This document shows, piece by piece, positions 39,154 through 50,971 of a stretch of DNA of 53,727 nt. The notes under the pieces were generated by a model. That model did no database searches. It was given only the letters and a program-made list of their open reading frames with translations, and was not told the DNA's origin. Position numbers and translations under genes: made by a program. This stretch comes from Myxococcota bacterium (GTDB lineage Bacteria > Myxococcota_A > UBA796 > CAJQPC01): assembly GCA_036012755.1 (NCBI GenBank), contig DASCPX010000138.1, forward strand, positions 1 to 53,727, written 5' to 3'. Position 1 is the stretch's first letter. Every line of letters begins with the position of its first letter.

Positions 39154-39183
39154 GAGACCTCCAGGTACGTGGAACACCGCTGT

Positions 39184-39780
39184 TTAGTGCGAGTAGTCCT
39201 CGCCGGCAAGACCCGTGAGCACACCTAGCTCCGTGAGGCGTCGCGCGATCACCTCGCTTCGGCTCTCGAGGAAGCGCTCGTAGAGGGCGACTATGTCCTG
39301 GGTTCCGTCGGCGAGGTTTCGCTCGCTCACCTCGGCCAGCACCTCGATGCAGCCTCGGAAGCGCTCGGCCAGCTCCATGAACATGTGGGCCCAGGGGTCC
39401 TCGCCCACGCTGATCGTGCCGCCCAGGGTCGCGACCTGCTGGTAGGCGGCGCCGCCCATGTCGGCGTAGTAGTCCACGCCCACGGCCTTGCGCTTGAGGC
39501 TCTCCTGGAAGTAGCCGGCGACGTAGAGAGCGCGGTCACCGAGGTGGCGGTAGAGGCGCATGGCCCTCACGCGGTCCGCCGTGGCGGCGGCGAGGTGGAG
39601 CTCCGCGAGGGTGTCCGGCCGATCGGTGGCGGTGAGGAGGCGCTCGCTGCGCTTGCGTTCGACCAAGAGCAGCGCGAGGTAGCGGCGGGAGTCGGTGCTG
39701 AGCTCGACACCCTGGGCATCGACGGCGTCGGCGAGCCGCTCGTCAAAGAAGTCGTACAAGTTGGCATGCGCGAGGCTCAT
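39184..39780 (-). CDS. Conserved hypothetical protein
   Basis: AGGAG RBS; LGDRALYVAGYF.ESL....V..DYY..MG..AY pattern. Confidence 0.8.
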   Translation of the reverse strand: MSLAHANLYDFFDERLADAVDAQGVELSTDSRRYLALLLVERKRSERLLTATDRPDTLAELHLAAATADRVRAMRLYRHLGDRALYVAGYFQESLKRKAVGVDYYADMGGAAYQQVATLGGTISVGEDPWAHMFMELAERFRGCIEVLAEVSERNLADGTQDIVALYERFLESRSEVIARRLTELGVLTGLAGEDYSH

Positions 39781-39897
39781 GCTGCTCCTCCTACTCAGCG
39801 TTTCCCGAAAAAACTCACTCTGCTCGTTGACGGTTGTCGGGGCGTGGATACCTGGGTCCCCCTCGAAATCGGACGCCCCACCAGAGGTTTTAGATTC

Positions 39898-42234
<2,337 letters not shown>

Positions 42235-42246
42235 GAACACGGTCCC

Positions 42247-42455
42247 CGAGCACGGCGGAGCCGCGCGCAGGCGAACCGGCCGAGCGCCCCTTTCGAAACC
42301 GCTGGCCGCTTGCGGCCGCGTTTCGAAGGATGTGGGGCGCCGGACACGCGGAGCGTCAGCGCAGCGTGGCCGAGGCCGGTTCGTGCTCCGGGCGTTGTCG
42401 CCCGGGAGGCCGCCCGCCGCCAGGCGGACGGACGGGCGCACAACGACGTCCGGGG
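42247..42455. other. Highly structured non-coding segment (nested long inverted repeats)
   Basis: Pairings GAGCACG/CGTGCTC, GAACCGGCC/GGCCGGTTC, GCGCCCC/GGGGCGC, TTCGAAAC/GTTTCGAA and CGTTGTCGCCCG/CGGGCG-C-ACAACG. Confidence 0.6.
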
Positions 42456-42615
42456 AAGGCGACGCTTGCGCCACCACCACCGCCCCGCCAGGCAGGCCAC
42501 CGATCTCCAGCGAGCGCCAACCGCTGGTGACCCTCTTGCCTGCGACATCCAGGCCCTGGTGCCCGCAGGGTGGTTTGGTGGCCGCCTGCGCGCTCGGGTA
42601 CCGCCTCCCACTGAT

Positions 42616-42975
42616 TCACTGATTCACTGTCGCTTGCGCCATCGCCTCGGCGACGAGCGCGTTCCCACCTGCGTTGAGGTGCGGGTCCCAGGTCCAGTAG
42701 GCCTCTGGGTGGCCCTCGAGGGTGTCGAGAAGGAAGACGCAGTGGAGCTCCAGCTCCGCGCACATCATCCGGACTCGCCGATCCGGAACTCGGGTGTTGG
42801 CCTCTTCGATGCCCGGGTAGCGAGCCGAGAGGGCAGCCCGACCTGCCTCGGCGTCGAGGACCTCGACCATCGCAGGCAGGACGGCGACGGTGTAGTCGGC
42901 GCCGAGGCGCGTGATCTCGCCCACACACAGCGCCACCAGGATGCCACCGACGAGCGCGATGGCTCGCCTCCTCAC
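42616..42975 (-). pseudogene. Internally deleted SGNH-hydrolase-like ORF (TM joined to the C-terminal half)
   Basis: MRRRAIALVGGILVALCVGEI joined directly to ...DPHLNAGGNALVAE; no GDS nucleophile block. Confidence 0.5.
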
Positions 42976-43505
42976 TTGAAGAACACCCTCGCGCCCAGGG
43001 CGGCGTCCATCGTGAACTCCGTCCCCGGGTAGAGCTCGAGGACCGGTGCGAGCTCGATGAAGGCATCGATGGGGTAGTCATTCGGCAGGACGTAGAGCGA
43101 GAGCGGCACCCTGACCCCGAGGAGCGGGGTCGCGTTTCCGACGCTCTTGCGGCTCTGGAACTTCGGGCCCACGCCGACGGTGAGGGGGAAGGTCATCCCT
43201 GGAGCGTTGTCGTCCACGATCTGGACCAGCGTTCGGTCGAGGTCGACGTGGACCTCGACGGCGCGGTTGGGCAGGTCCCAGGCGAGCGCGCCGCTGACGA
43301 GCCACTTGGGTGTGTTTCGCCACGCCACCGAGACCCCGGTAGGGAGGCCGAGGCTGACACCGAGGCCGACTCCCATCGGGGAGTCCGCGAGACCGACGGT
43401 CCGTACGTCCTCCGCCGGGAGCACAACGGTGACAACGGCGTCCTCTTCGGTGGGCGCCGGTTCTTCGGGGTCCTGGGCGAGCGCGAAGGGGATCAACAGC
43501 AGCAT
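42972..43505 (-). CDS. Small outer-membrane beta-barrel protein (DUF3996-like)
   Basis: GVGVSLGLPTGVS, LGVRVP, FIELAP and C-terminal GARVFFK. Confidence 0.7.
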   Translation of the reverse strand: MLLLIPFALAQDPEEPAPTEEDAVVTVVLPAEDVRTVGLADSPMGVGLGVSLGLPTGVSVAWRNTPKWLVSGALAWDLPNRAVEVHVDLDRTLVQIVDDNAPGMTFPLTVGVGPKFQSRKSVGNATPLLGVRVPLSLYVLPNDYPIDAFIELAPVLELYPGTEFTMDAALGARVFFK

Positions 43506-43525
43506 CGCTCTCCGCTATCGCCGGG

Positions 43526-44134
43526 CTAGGGCGACTTCCACTCCTTCAGCAGCTGCTCCTCCCCATAGACCGTCATCAGGCGGGTCATCACGTCGCCGAG
43601 GACCGGGTCTCGCAAGAAAGCCGTCCAGGTCGGATCACCCGCGACCGTGCGGAAGACGAAGCCCCGTGAGAGGGCGACCTTGAGGTGCTGGTCGAAGGCC
43701 AGCGCGTCGCCGCGCCGCCCGGCGAGCTCCGCCTGGCGGAAAGGACCCGCCCAGCCGTTGGGGTGCTCCGCCGTGAGCGCGGTCGCTCTCGCGAAAGCCA
43801 GCTCAGCGGCGTCGAGGTCTCCAGAGGCAAGGTGGAGTTCACCCAGGTCGTACCAGGCGAAGCCCAGGCTGGGGTCCATCTCCAGGGCCTTGGCATAGAG
43901 CGCCTCTGCCTCTTCGGTGTCCCCCTGGAGTCGGCGCACCAGCCCCTCCTCGTAGACCAGTCGCGCGTCCTCGGTCACGTGCTTGCGAAAACGCTGGACG
44001 AGGTCCAGCGCGCCATCGAGGTCCCCCTCCGCGATGCGGGCGTCCGCTTCCCCCTCCACCGCCGCGAGCAACTGCTCCCGGTAGTCGGGAGGAGGCAGCT
44101 CGGCCGACGCGAGGCCCACCCAGAGAGCGATCAC
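43526..44134 (-). CDS. Exported tetratricopeptide repeat protein
   Basis: YEEG...GDTEEAEALYAKALEMDP...AWYDLG TPRs; GTGA overlap with the protease stop. Confidence 0.8.
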   Translation of the reverse strand: MIALWVGLASAELPPPDYREQLLAAVEGEADARIAEGDLDGALDLVQRFRKHVTEDARLVYEEGLVRRLQGDTEEAEALYAKALEMDPSLGFAWYDLGELHLASGDLDAAELAFARATALTAEHPNGWAGPFRQAELAGRRGDALAFDQHLKVALSRGFVFRTVAGDPTWTAFLRDPVLGDVMTRLMTVYGEEQLLKEWKSP

Positions 44135-46884
44135 CCCGAGTGCCGGCGCCGGCGACGGATGAAGACGGCGAGCCCCATGGCGGCTCCAGCCAGCCCGAGG
44201 CCGGTCGGGTTGGTGCTCGTGCAGCCGCAGCCGGTAGGCGCGATGCCCTGCTCGCCGGGCTCGAGGGAGGGAGTCGGGTCCGTCTCGCTCGGCGGCTCGG
44301 TGTAGCCCACCGCGTAGAGGCACACGTCGTCGATGTTCCAGCCGCCCATCGCCAGGCCCTGGTCGGTCTCGATCTCCCAGGCGATATCGATGTCCCCGGA
44401 CTCGTCGCCATCGGCGATGCGCATGGTGTGGAGCTGCCACTGTTCGTCGGCGTGGTGCTCGTCTCCCACGGCTTGGCTCGTGCCGTGGTTCTCCCAGGCC
44501 GTGTCTCCGTCGACCAGGACGCGAGCGCTGTCGTAGTAGCCATCCTCGATCGTCAGCCAGCGGCGGTACTGGAGCACCAGCTCCTCGTAGCCCTCGGTCG
44601 AGATCGCCACCGAGCTGAGGCGGTTGTGCTTGGAGTTCTGGTACTCGCCGTTCCACTGCTGGTTGCCGATGGTGTTGCCGAGGTCGTTGCCCCAGGCGTT
44701 GTCACCGCTGTAGCTGAAGTCCGGATCGCCTCCCTTGCCGTTTGGCGTGCCCCACTGCCAGTCATCGGCCCCGTCGGTGTCCTCCCCGGAGATCAGCTCG
44801 TGGGTGAAGCCGCCGTCGCTGGCCTCGAAGTCCTCGCAGTAGATCTCGATGAGCTCGCCGACCCAGAAGGTGTGCGGGTTGATGGGCCCGCCGGTCGGGC
44901 TGTAGGCGTTCTGCCCCGTGTCGTCCTCGACCGAGACGAAGTAGTGGACGAGCGTCCCGGGTTCCTGCTCGGGGATGGCGCCGGTCACGGAGTCGTCGCC
45001 CTCCACCTGCATTGACTCCGTCTCCCAGTTCTCTCCGTCGACGGACCAGTGGAGCTTCGCGCTGTCGAGCGCGAAGTCGACGCAGCCCTCGGCCAGGTTG
45101 GTGATGCTCGCGCCGACGACGTACTCGCCCGTGTATGGGGCCTGGTTCGCGAGCGGGATGTGACCCACGTAGAAGAGGGTGCCGCCAGTGCTGCCTCCCG
45201 GGCCGAGCCCGTGGAGCGCGAAGCCCTCGAGGAGGGAACAGGCATGCGGCGTGCCGTTGTTCAGGTTGCCGTCGTCGTCGTCAGCCAGCGCGAAGGCGTC
45301 GTAGCTCTCTGGGATGGTCGGGCCGCTCTTGATGGCGTCCGCGAAGACCTGGGCAACGATCGCGTTGGCTTCCTCGTAGCCGACCTCGTCCGCGAGCGCG
45401 TCCTGCCAGTCCCAGACCGCTCCGGCGAAGATGAGGCCGTCGTAGTGGACCTCGCCGGTGAGATCGTCTGGGTAGCTGTTGCCCTGGTCGACGCGACGGA
45501 TGCCGCTCCCGCTCGTGGCGAAGTAGGGCGCGATGAGCGGATCGCCGGTCTGGAGGAAAGCGACCACGTCGCCGATGCCCTCACCCATCGAGCCGTCCCA
45601 GGAGCCGGCCTCGAGGCTGTAGTAGTGGAAGCCGTGGCCCCACTCGTGGTACGCGACGTCGGCGATTCGGCCCGTGTTGTTGCAGCCCCCGCCGGCCTTG
45701 TAGAAGTTCAGGCTGCCGTCGTAGTAGGCGTTGCAGGAGCTGTTGAGGTTGACGTTCGAGGTGAGCCGCTGGTTGACCATGCCGACCTCTGGCGCGATCT
45801 CCTCTGCCCACGCCTTCACCTGGTGGACGAACACGTAGCTGTCGATCTCGGCCTGTGTCGCATCCGCGGTGGTCCAGGTGTACGCGGAGCCGTCGAGCCA
45901 GCCCTCGCCTTCGGCGCCGTCGCCGTTGCGGACGCGCACGTAGTTTCCATCGAACTCCGTGAAGTAGGGGCCGCTGCCGCCGATGTCGAAGACCCCGTCG
46001 AAGTCGGTGCGGGTGGTGTCGTCGTCTGAGATGACCGGGGCGAGCGGAATCGGAGAGGTCGATGTGTCGCCGTTGACGGTGCGGGTGTCGTGGATTCCGT
46101 AGATCGTGCCCTGCAGGAAGCGCACCTCGTTGTGCACGTTGTGCAGCTCTCCGCTGTGGGCGTCGACGAAGCTCACCCAGATGCCCGGCGGCTCGGAGGT
46201 CGTTGTCCTGGTCATCCAGGCGAGGTCATAGGCGATGCCGCTGCCCGCGTTTCGAGGGAGCACGACCAGCTCTGCGCCCTCGACGGAGTGTTCCGACCCC
46301 GACGCGGGACCAGCGGACATCGCGATCTGTATGGCGTTCTCGGCGCCGAGGATTGCGGGCTGGGTGAGATCACCCTCCGGCTCGGCGTTCGGGAGCGCTG
46401 CATGTGGATGGGTGCGGACCTTCAGCATGACGAGCTTGTCCTGCTTCACGAAGGCCTCGACGCCGCCTCGCCAGACGGGCACACCCTCGATACGGCGATC
46501 GAAGGACACGTACCAGGTGTCGGTGCGCTCGACGTAGTTCAGCGAACGGAGGACGAGGTCGTCCTGAGAGACCCCGGTCAGGCCGGGGTGGCGCTCGAGG
46601 AGCGCGAGGATCTCTCCCTCGAGATCGGTGGTGTCCATTGGGATGCCCGCGCCCCACATGGACCAGGGCGTGCCGGTGCGTTCATCGAAGACGGCTTGCC
46701 ACCCGGCGCCCTCGGACTGAACCCACTCTTGCCAGGGGTGACCCTGCTCGAAGCGGAGCTGCCGCTCGATGTTGACCTGGTGCGTTCGCACTGGCTCGAT
46801 GCCTATGTGGACCTCGTCCGAGGGGGCGAAGGCGTTGGCCGGGGGGGCGAGGCTCAGGAGCAGCAGCGTCGACATCGAGTGCAT
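44131..46884 (-). CDS. Secreted M4/M36-type zinc metalloprotease with a MYXO-CTERM-like anchor
   Basis: Propeptide-like region, CNAYY, HEWGH, GEGIGD and EVH..G; C-terminal GCGC-TM-RRRRR; start may be 46875. Confidence 0.88.
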   Translation of the reverse strand: MHSMSTLLLLSLAPPANAFAPSDEVHIGIEPVRTHQVNIERQLRFEQGHPWQEWVQSEGAGWQAVFDERTGTPWSMWGAGIPMDTTDLEGEILALLERHPGLTGVSQDDLVLRSLNYVERTDTWYVSFDRRIEGVPVWRGGVEAFVKQDKLVMLKVRTHPHAALPNAEPEGDLTQPAILGAENAIQIAMSAGPASGSEHSVEGAELVVLPRNAGSGIAYDLAWMTRTTTSEPPGIWVSFVDAHSGELHNVHNEVRFLQGTIYGIHDTRTVNGDTSTSPIPLAPVISDDDTTRTDFDGVFDIGGSGPYFTEFDGNYVRVRNGDGAEGEGWLDGSAYTWTTADATQAEIDSYVFVHQVKAWAEEIAPEVGMVNQRLTSNVNLNSSCNAYYDGSLNFYKAGGGCNNTGRIADVAYHEWGHGFHYYSLEAGSWDGSMGEGIGDVVAFLQTGDPLIAPYFATSGSGIRRVDQGNSYPDDLTGEVHYDGLIFAGAVWDWQDALADEVGYEEANAIVAQVFADAIKSGPTIPESYDAFALADDDDGNLNNGTPHACSLLEGFALHGLGPGGSTGGTLFYVGHIPLANQAPYTGEYVVGASITNLAEGCVDFALDSAKLHWSVDGENWETESMQVEGDDSVTGAIPEQEPGTLVHYFVSVEDDTGQNAYSPTGGPINPHTFWVGELIEIYCEDFEASDGGFTHELISGEDTDGADDWQWGTPNGKGGDPDFSYSGDNAWGNDLGNTIGNQQWNGEYQNSKHNRLSSVAISTEGYEELVLQYRRWLTIEDGYYDSARVLVDGDTAWENHGTSQAVGDEHHADEQWQLHTMRIADGDESGDIDIAWEIETDQGLAMGGWNIDDVCLYAVGYTEPPSETDPTPSLEPGEQGIAPTGCGCTSTNPTGLGLAGAAMGLAVFIRRRRRHSG

Positions 46885-46972
46885 TCCTCGGGGACGTGAT
46901 GGGCAGCCAGGGGGACACCGTGGAGTCGACCTGGGGCAAAATCAACGCTGACCTCGCTTCTGGACATTCGCT

Positions 46973-48511
46973 TTGCTTCTGCGAGACAGCATCCTGACAG
47001 CTTGCCTGCTCTTGACATTCCTGGGGGCTTGCGGCGCGGACGAACCGGTCGTCTCCGAGCCCTTGCCCGACCTTCCTCCCGTCGTCGAGGACCTTCGACC
47101 TCGCGGTCCCGAGGCAGAGGTCCGCGAGCTCACGCTGGCGCTGTCCGCCGAGCTGCGCGGCGAGATCGAACCCTGCGGTTGTCCCACGCTTCCCTACGGC
47201 GGCTTCCGGCGGCGCGCGACCCTGCTCTCCCAGCTCGACGCGCGTGAAGGCCCCCTGTTCCAGATCGACACCGGAGAGGCCTTCAAGAAGGGCCTCGTCC
47301 ACGATGACAATGTCGACCTTCCGCGCGCCCTCCTGATCGCTGAGCTCCTCGTCTCCGCTGGCGTCGACGCCTTCGTGCCCGGACCCACCGACGTCGCCGT
47401 TCTCGGCGTGGACGGTCTCGCGGGCTTGTCCAGGAAGGGCCTGCCGATCGTGAGCGCCACCTGGGTCGACGAGGACGGAGCCAGTCTCTTTCCGCCCGCC
47501 ATCGTGCTCGAGGATGACGGCGTCCGGGTCGGCGTCATCGGGATCTCCGCACCGGCAGATGACGTCGAACAGCGCGCACCCATCGAAGCTGCACGCGCTG
47601 CGTATGCGGGGCTCCCGACGGACCTCGACCTGGTGGTGCTTGCCACGAACCTCGACGAGAGTCTCGTAGACGAGGTCACCGCAGCGGTCGACGGCATCGC
47701 GCTCGTCGCGGCGCGCAGCGGCAACGCGACGGAGCCGATGCGCCGCGTGGACGGCGCCATGGTGCTCGAGCCGCCGCCTCGTGGACGCTACCTGTCCGTA
47801 GTCTCGCTCCGACTCGGCAGTGACGCCGACGAGGCCTTGGACGACGAGAGCGCCCGGGCCTACCTCGGACTGGTGGACCTGCGCCAGGTCAAGGCTCGCC
47901 GGCTGGCGGCTGGCGAGGACGTGACCGCTCAGGACGAGCGCATCGCGGAGGCCACGGAGCGGCTCCTCGAAGCTGGTCGGGGCCGCAACCTGGTTTCCCT
48001 CGAGAGCCGCCCGCTTGGCTCGGACCTCGACGCTGACTCGCCATTGGCCGAGCGGGTGGAGCGCTTCAAGGACGAGAGCCTTCAGGCTGCGGCCCGCCGG
48101 GTCGAGGCGACGCCTGAAAACGATGGGCCGACCTACGCCACGGCTGCTGCGTGCTTGAACTGCCACTCCCGGTCGCTCTCGAAGTGGTCACTCACCCGGC
48201 ATGCTCAGGCGCTGGAAGGCCTGCGGGAACGAGGCCAGCATGAGAACCCGGAGTGCCTGGCCTGTCACACGACTGGTTTCGGCGAGCCCGGTGGCTTCGC
48301 GGAGGTGACCAACGCGGCGCTGCGGGTCTGGGGCAATGTCCAGTGCGAGGCCTGTCACGGACCGATGGGGGGACACCCCCGTGACGACACGGTCGTCTCG
48401 CCCGAGGTCACCGAGGCGACCTGTCGTGGCTGTCACGACCAGGCGAACTCACCTGGCTTCGACTTCGCGACCTACCTGCCGGCCATCGAGCACGTCGGAA
48501 TGGATCAGTAG
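46973..48511 (+). CDS. Lipoprotein: UshA/5'-nucleotidase-like domain fused to a tetraheme c554-like cytochrome c
   Basis: Lipobox LGA-C; GEIEPCGC..GG..RRAT; four CxxCH motifs (CLNCH, CLACH, CEACH, CRGCH). Confidence 0.85.
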   Translation: MLLRDSILTACLLLTFLGACGADEPVVSEPLPDLPPVVEDLRPRGPEAEVRELTLALSAELRGEIEPCGCPTLPYGGFRRRATLLSQLDAREGPLFQIDTGEAFKKGLVHDDNVDLPRALLIAELLVSAGVDAFVPGPTDVAVLGVDGLAGLSRKGLPIVSATWVDEDGASLFPPAIVLEDDGVRVGVIGISAPADDVEQRAPIEAARAAYAGLPTDLDLVVLATNLDESLVDEVTAAVDGIALVAARSGNATEPMRRVDGAMVLEPPPRGRYLSVVSLRLGSDADEALDDESARAYLGLVDLRQVKARRLAAGEDVTAQDERIAEATERLLEAGRGRNLVSLESRPLGSDLDADSPLAERVERFKDESLQAAARRVEATPENDGPTYATAAACLNCHSRSLSKWSLTRHAQALEGLRERGQHENPECLACHTTGFGEPGGFAEVTNAALRVWGNVQCEACHGPMGGHPRDDTVVSPEVTEATCRGCHDQANSPGFDFATYLPAIEHVGMDQ

Positions 48512-50514
48512 GCGGCGAGGAAACGGTCGACCTCTTCGCGCTCCATCAGCCCGAGGCTCAGCTCGAGGCAGTCGCTGCAGATGTCGACCCCGCTCTTCCG
48601 GTAGACACCTCGGCACTCCAGGTGCGTCTTGCCGCAGAAGCTGCAGGAGGCGTCGTCCGGGGCGGTGGCGGACCTGCGCTTTCGGCCCAGACCGAGCACG
48701 CAGACATCGCAGATGACGGCGTTGGAGCCCGCCATCAGGTGCGCCACGTCCCTGGAGGTGCGCCCGCAGCAGCTGCAGTGCGCGTCCTCGTGATCGCTGA
48801 CGGCCCGCGGAGGGACCGATGCCCTGGGTGGGACGACACCTTGCAGGAGCATGCGAACGCGTGGGCCTGCGCGGCAGAGATCCGCGCGAGCCTGCAGCTC
48901 GGCGATGGCGATCGGATCCCCGTACATCGCGAGCCCCGCCTGGGCGGCGACGGCGAGCTCGGCGTCGGCCGTGTTGGCCCAGGTCTCGAGCAGCTTTCGC
49001 CCCGAGCGGGAGCGCCGGCTGGCGATGGCCAGCAACAGGAGTGCCTGGTAGGCGCGGGCCTCTCTCCGGAGGGCTTCGACGTTGTCCCGGTGTCGGGTCA
49101 CGTCGGCGGCGGGGCCGCTGCGCTCGACGGCAGCGCGCTTGAGGTCCTCTTCCTTCAGGCCGAGGCCGCGGGTCAGGACAGGCTCGGGGATTCCCCTGGC
49201 GGTGGCGACGGCGTGCCGGCCGAGACCGACGGCGAAGGTCTCCGCGGGATCCTTGAGGGCCACGGCGACGTCATCGGCGATGGCGGACGAGGACAGCGCG
49301 CAGGCGGCTTCCCACAGCTGGAAGCGCAGGCCTTCGTCCTGGACCAGCGCGAGGCATCGCAAGATGGCGCGGGTGACCGAGGGGCCGATGGCCTTGAGCT
49401 GGTCCAGCAGGATCCCGACCCGCTGACGAGTGACGCAGCGTGGCGAGCCCGGGCTGGTGTGGAGTGGCAGGCGGTCGTAGTGGGCGACCTCGGTGGCGAG
49501 TGCCTGGGCCAGCCAACCGGAGTCGCCGGCGATGCGCCGGGTCCTCGCCAGCTCTAGGTAGGCCTCCATGTGGTCGGGGTGCTCCTGTAGAGCTTCCTTG
49601 AAGACGCGGAGTGCCTCTGCCGGGTTGCCCTCTTCGAGCAGCGAGCACCCCAGCGCATAGCGGGCTAGGCGGCTGGCGGGGTCGATCATGAGCGCCTGGT
49701 TGCAGGCCTCTCGGGCGCGCTTGTGCTCGGCGAGCTGGAGGTAGGCCATGCCCATGCGCGCGTGGACGCGCGGGTCGTCCGGGCGGTCTTGGAGGTACTG
49801 CCGGAAGTGCTGGATGGCGTTGTTGCACTTGCCCAGGTGGTAGGCCACCATCCCAAGGTGGTAGCGGGCCACGTGGCGGTAGCGATCGTGCTCGCGGAGC
49901 CGCAGGAAGAACTTCTCTGCCTCGCGATACCGCCCGGTCGCCAGGCAGGACAGGCCGAGGTCGCGGAGCAACGGCGCTGACAGATCCTGGCTCGGTCCGA
50001 GCTTGAGTGCCTGGACGAGATGGAACTGGGCCCGCTCCGTGAGGCGGCCGGCCTCGGGGAGCTCCCGGGCGCGCTCGCCCAGCACTCGACCCAGGTAGAG
50101 GTGGGTCTCCCAGGACTCCGGGCTGAGTCGGCAGGCGGACTCGAGGTGCCTCAGCGCCAGGTGCCGGTCCCCCTCGCTGCGGTGCAGTGCGCCGAGCGCG
50201 AGGTGCAGAGCGGCGTCCTCGGGGTCGATCTTCATCGCCTCGTCGAGGTACCTGCGAGCCTGCTCGGGCCGCCCGATGCCAACGAGCGCGGTGCCGGCCG
50301 TGACCAGGCCGCCCAGGTGCGCCGGGTCCTGGCTGAGCACCTTGCGGGCGTCCGTGAGGGCCTTGTTGCACATGGCCTCGCCGCCTCCGTGGTAGAGGCC
50401 GGAGCTGAGATAGCAACGGGCGAGCTCGTGGCGGAGCTCTGGGTCGTCGGGCTGGGCGCGGACCTGGCCTTCGAGGCGACTGGTGTGCCAGTCGAGCTTC
50501 TTGTGCGGAAACAT
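48505..50514 (-). CDS. TPR protein with two C-terminal ClpX C4-type zinc fingers
   Basis: Many TPRs; CSCCG..VAHLMAG..VICDVC and CSFCGK...DICSDC. Confidence 0.85.
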   Translation of the reverse strand: MFPHKKLDWHTSRLEGQVRAQPDDPELRHELARCYLSSGLYHGGGEAMCNKALTDARKVLSQDPAHLGGLVTAGTALVGIGRPEQARRYLDEAMKIDPEDAALHLALGALHRSEGDRHLALRHLESACRLSPESWETHLYLGRVLGERARELPEAGRLTERAQFHLVQALKLGPSQDLSAPLLRDLGLSCLATGRYREAEKFFLRLREHDRYRHVARYHLGMVAYHLGKCNNAIQHFRQYLQDRPDDPRVHARMGMAYLQLAEHKRAREACNQALMIDPASRLARYALGCSLLEEGNPAEALRVFKEALQEHPDHMEAYLELARTRRIAGDSGWLAQALATEVAHYDRLPLHTSPGSPRCVTRQRVGILLDQLKAIGPSVTRAILRCLALVQDEGLRFQLWEAACALSSSAIADDVAVALKDPAETFAVGLGRHAVATARGIPEPVLTRGLGLKEEDLKRAAVERSGPAADVTRHRDNVEALRREARAYQALLLLAIASRRSRSGRKLLETWANTADAELAVAAQAGLAMYGDPIAIAELQARADLCRAGPRVRMLLQGVVPPRASVPPRAVSDHEDAHCSCCGRTSRDVAHLMAGSNAVICDVCVLGLGRKRRSATAPDDASCSFCGKTHLECRGVYRKSGVDICSDCLELSLGLMEREEVDRFLAAY

Positions 50515-50608
50515 GTTGGTGCTCAGGAGGGAGGAGCGGGGGGAGTCGGATCCTGCTGGATCGCGGGGATCTCGATGATATCGTGAATGTCGCACCGATG
50601 GAGCCCTG

Positions 50609-50788
50609 ATGTTCGCCGGCCGCCGGGGACAGAGCACGACCGAGTACGTGCTGTTCATCTCCGTCATCGTCATCATCACCGTCTGGGTCGCTGGGGACGC
50701 CTTCTGGCCTGCCTACGCCGACGGTCTCGAAGCCATGCAGACAAGCCTCGGCGACATGGTCGGCGACGGCGTGGTGGAGGGACGATGA
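50609..50788 (+). CDS. Flp/type IV pilin-like small protein (59 aa; absent from the ORF track)
   Basis: MFAGRRG|QSTTEYVLFISVIVII class III signal with E+5/Y+6; GGAG RBS. Confidence 0.75.
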   Translation: MFAGRRGQSTTEYVLFISVIVIITVWVAGDAFWPAYADGLEAMQTSLGDMVGDGVVEGR

Positions 50789-50949
50789 GACGGGCACAGA
50801 CCACCACCGAGACCCTCCTGCTCATCAGCGTCCTGTGTGTCGCGATCGTGGGCGTCGCCTGGCTCTTCAGCGCGGACTTCATCGGCGGTATGAGGAACAT
50901 GTCGGAAGGCGCTGGGGAAGCCTACGTCGATCCCTCTCGGGCGCCATAG
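50785..50949 (+). CDS. Second pilin-like small protein (54 aa)
   Basis: MRRA|QTTTETLLLISVLCVAIV with E+5; GGAGG RBS and ATGA overlap. Confidence 0.7.
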   Translation: MRRAQTTTETLLLISVLCVAIVGVAWLFSADFIGGMRNMSEGAGEAYVDPSRAP

Positions 50950-50971
50950 TCCGGGACGTTAAGCCCCCGGG

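Noticed and set aside
39781..39897. CIRCE (HrcA) operator or clear heat-shock promoter upstream of groES
   Set aside because: No TTAGCACTC-N9-GAGTGCTAA match; TTGACG at 39827 lacks a well-spaced -10
47170..47185. Selenocysteine in the cytochrome CGC motif
   Set aside because: Both codons are Cys (TGC, TGT); no in-frame TGA
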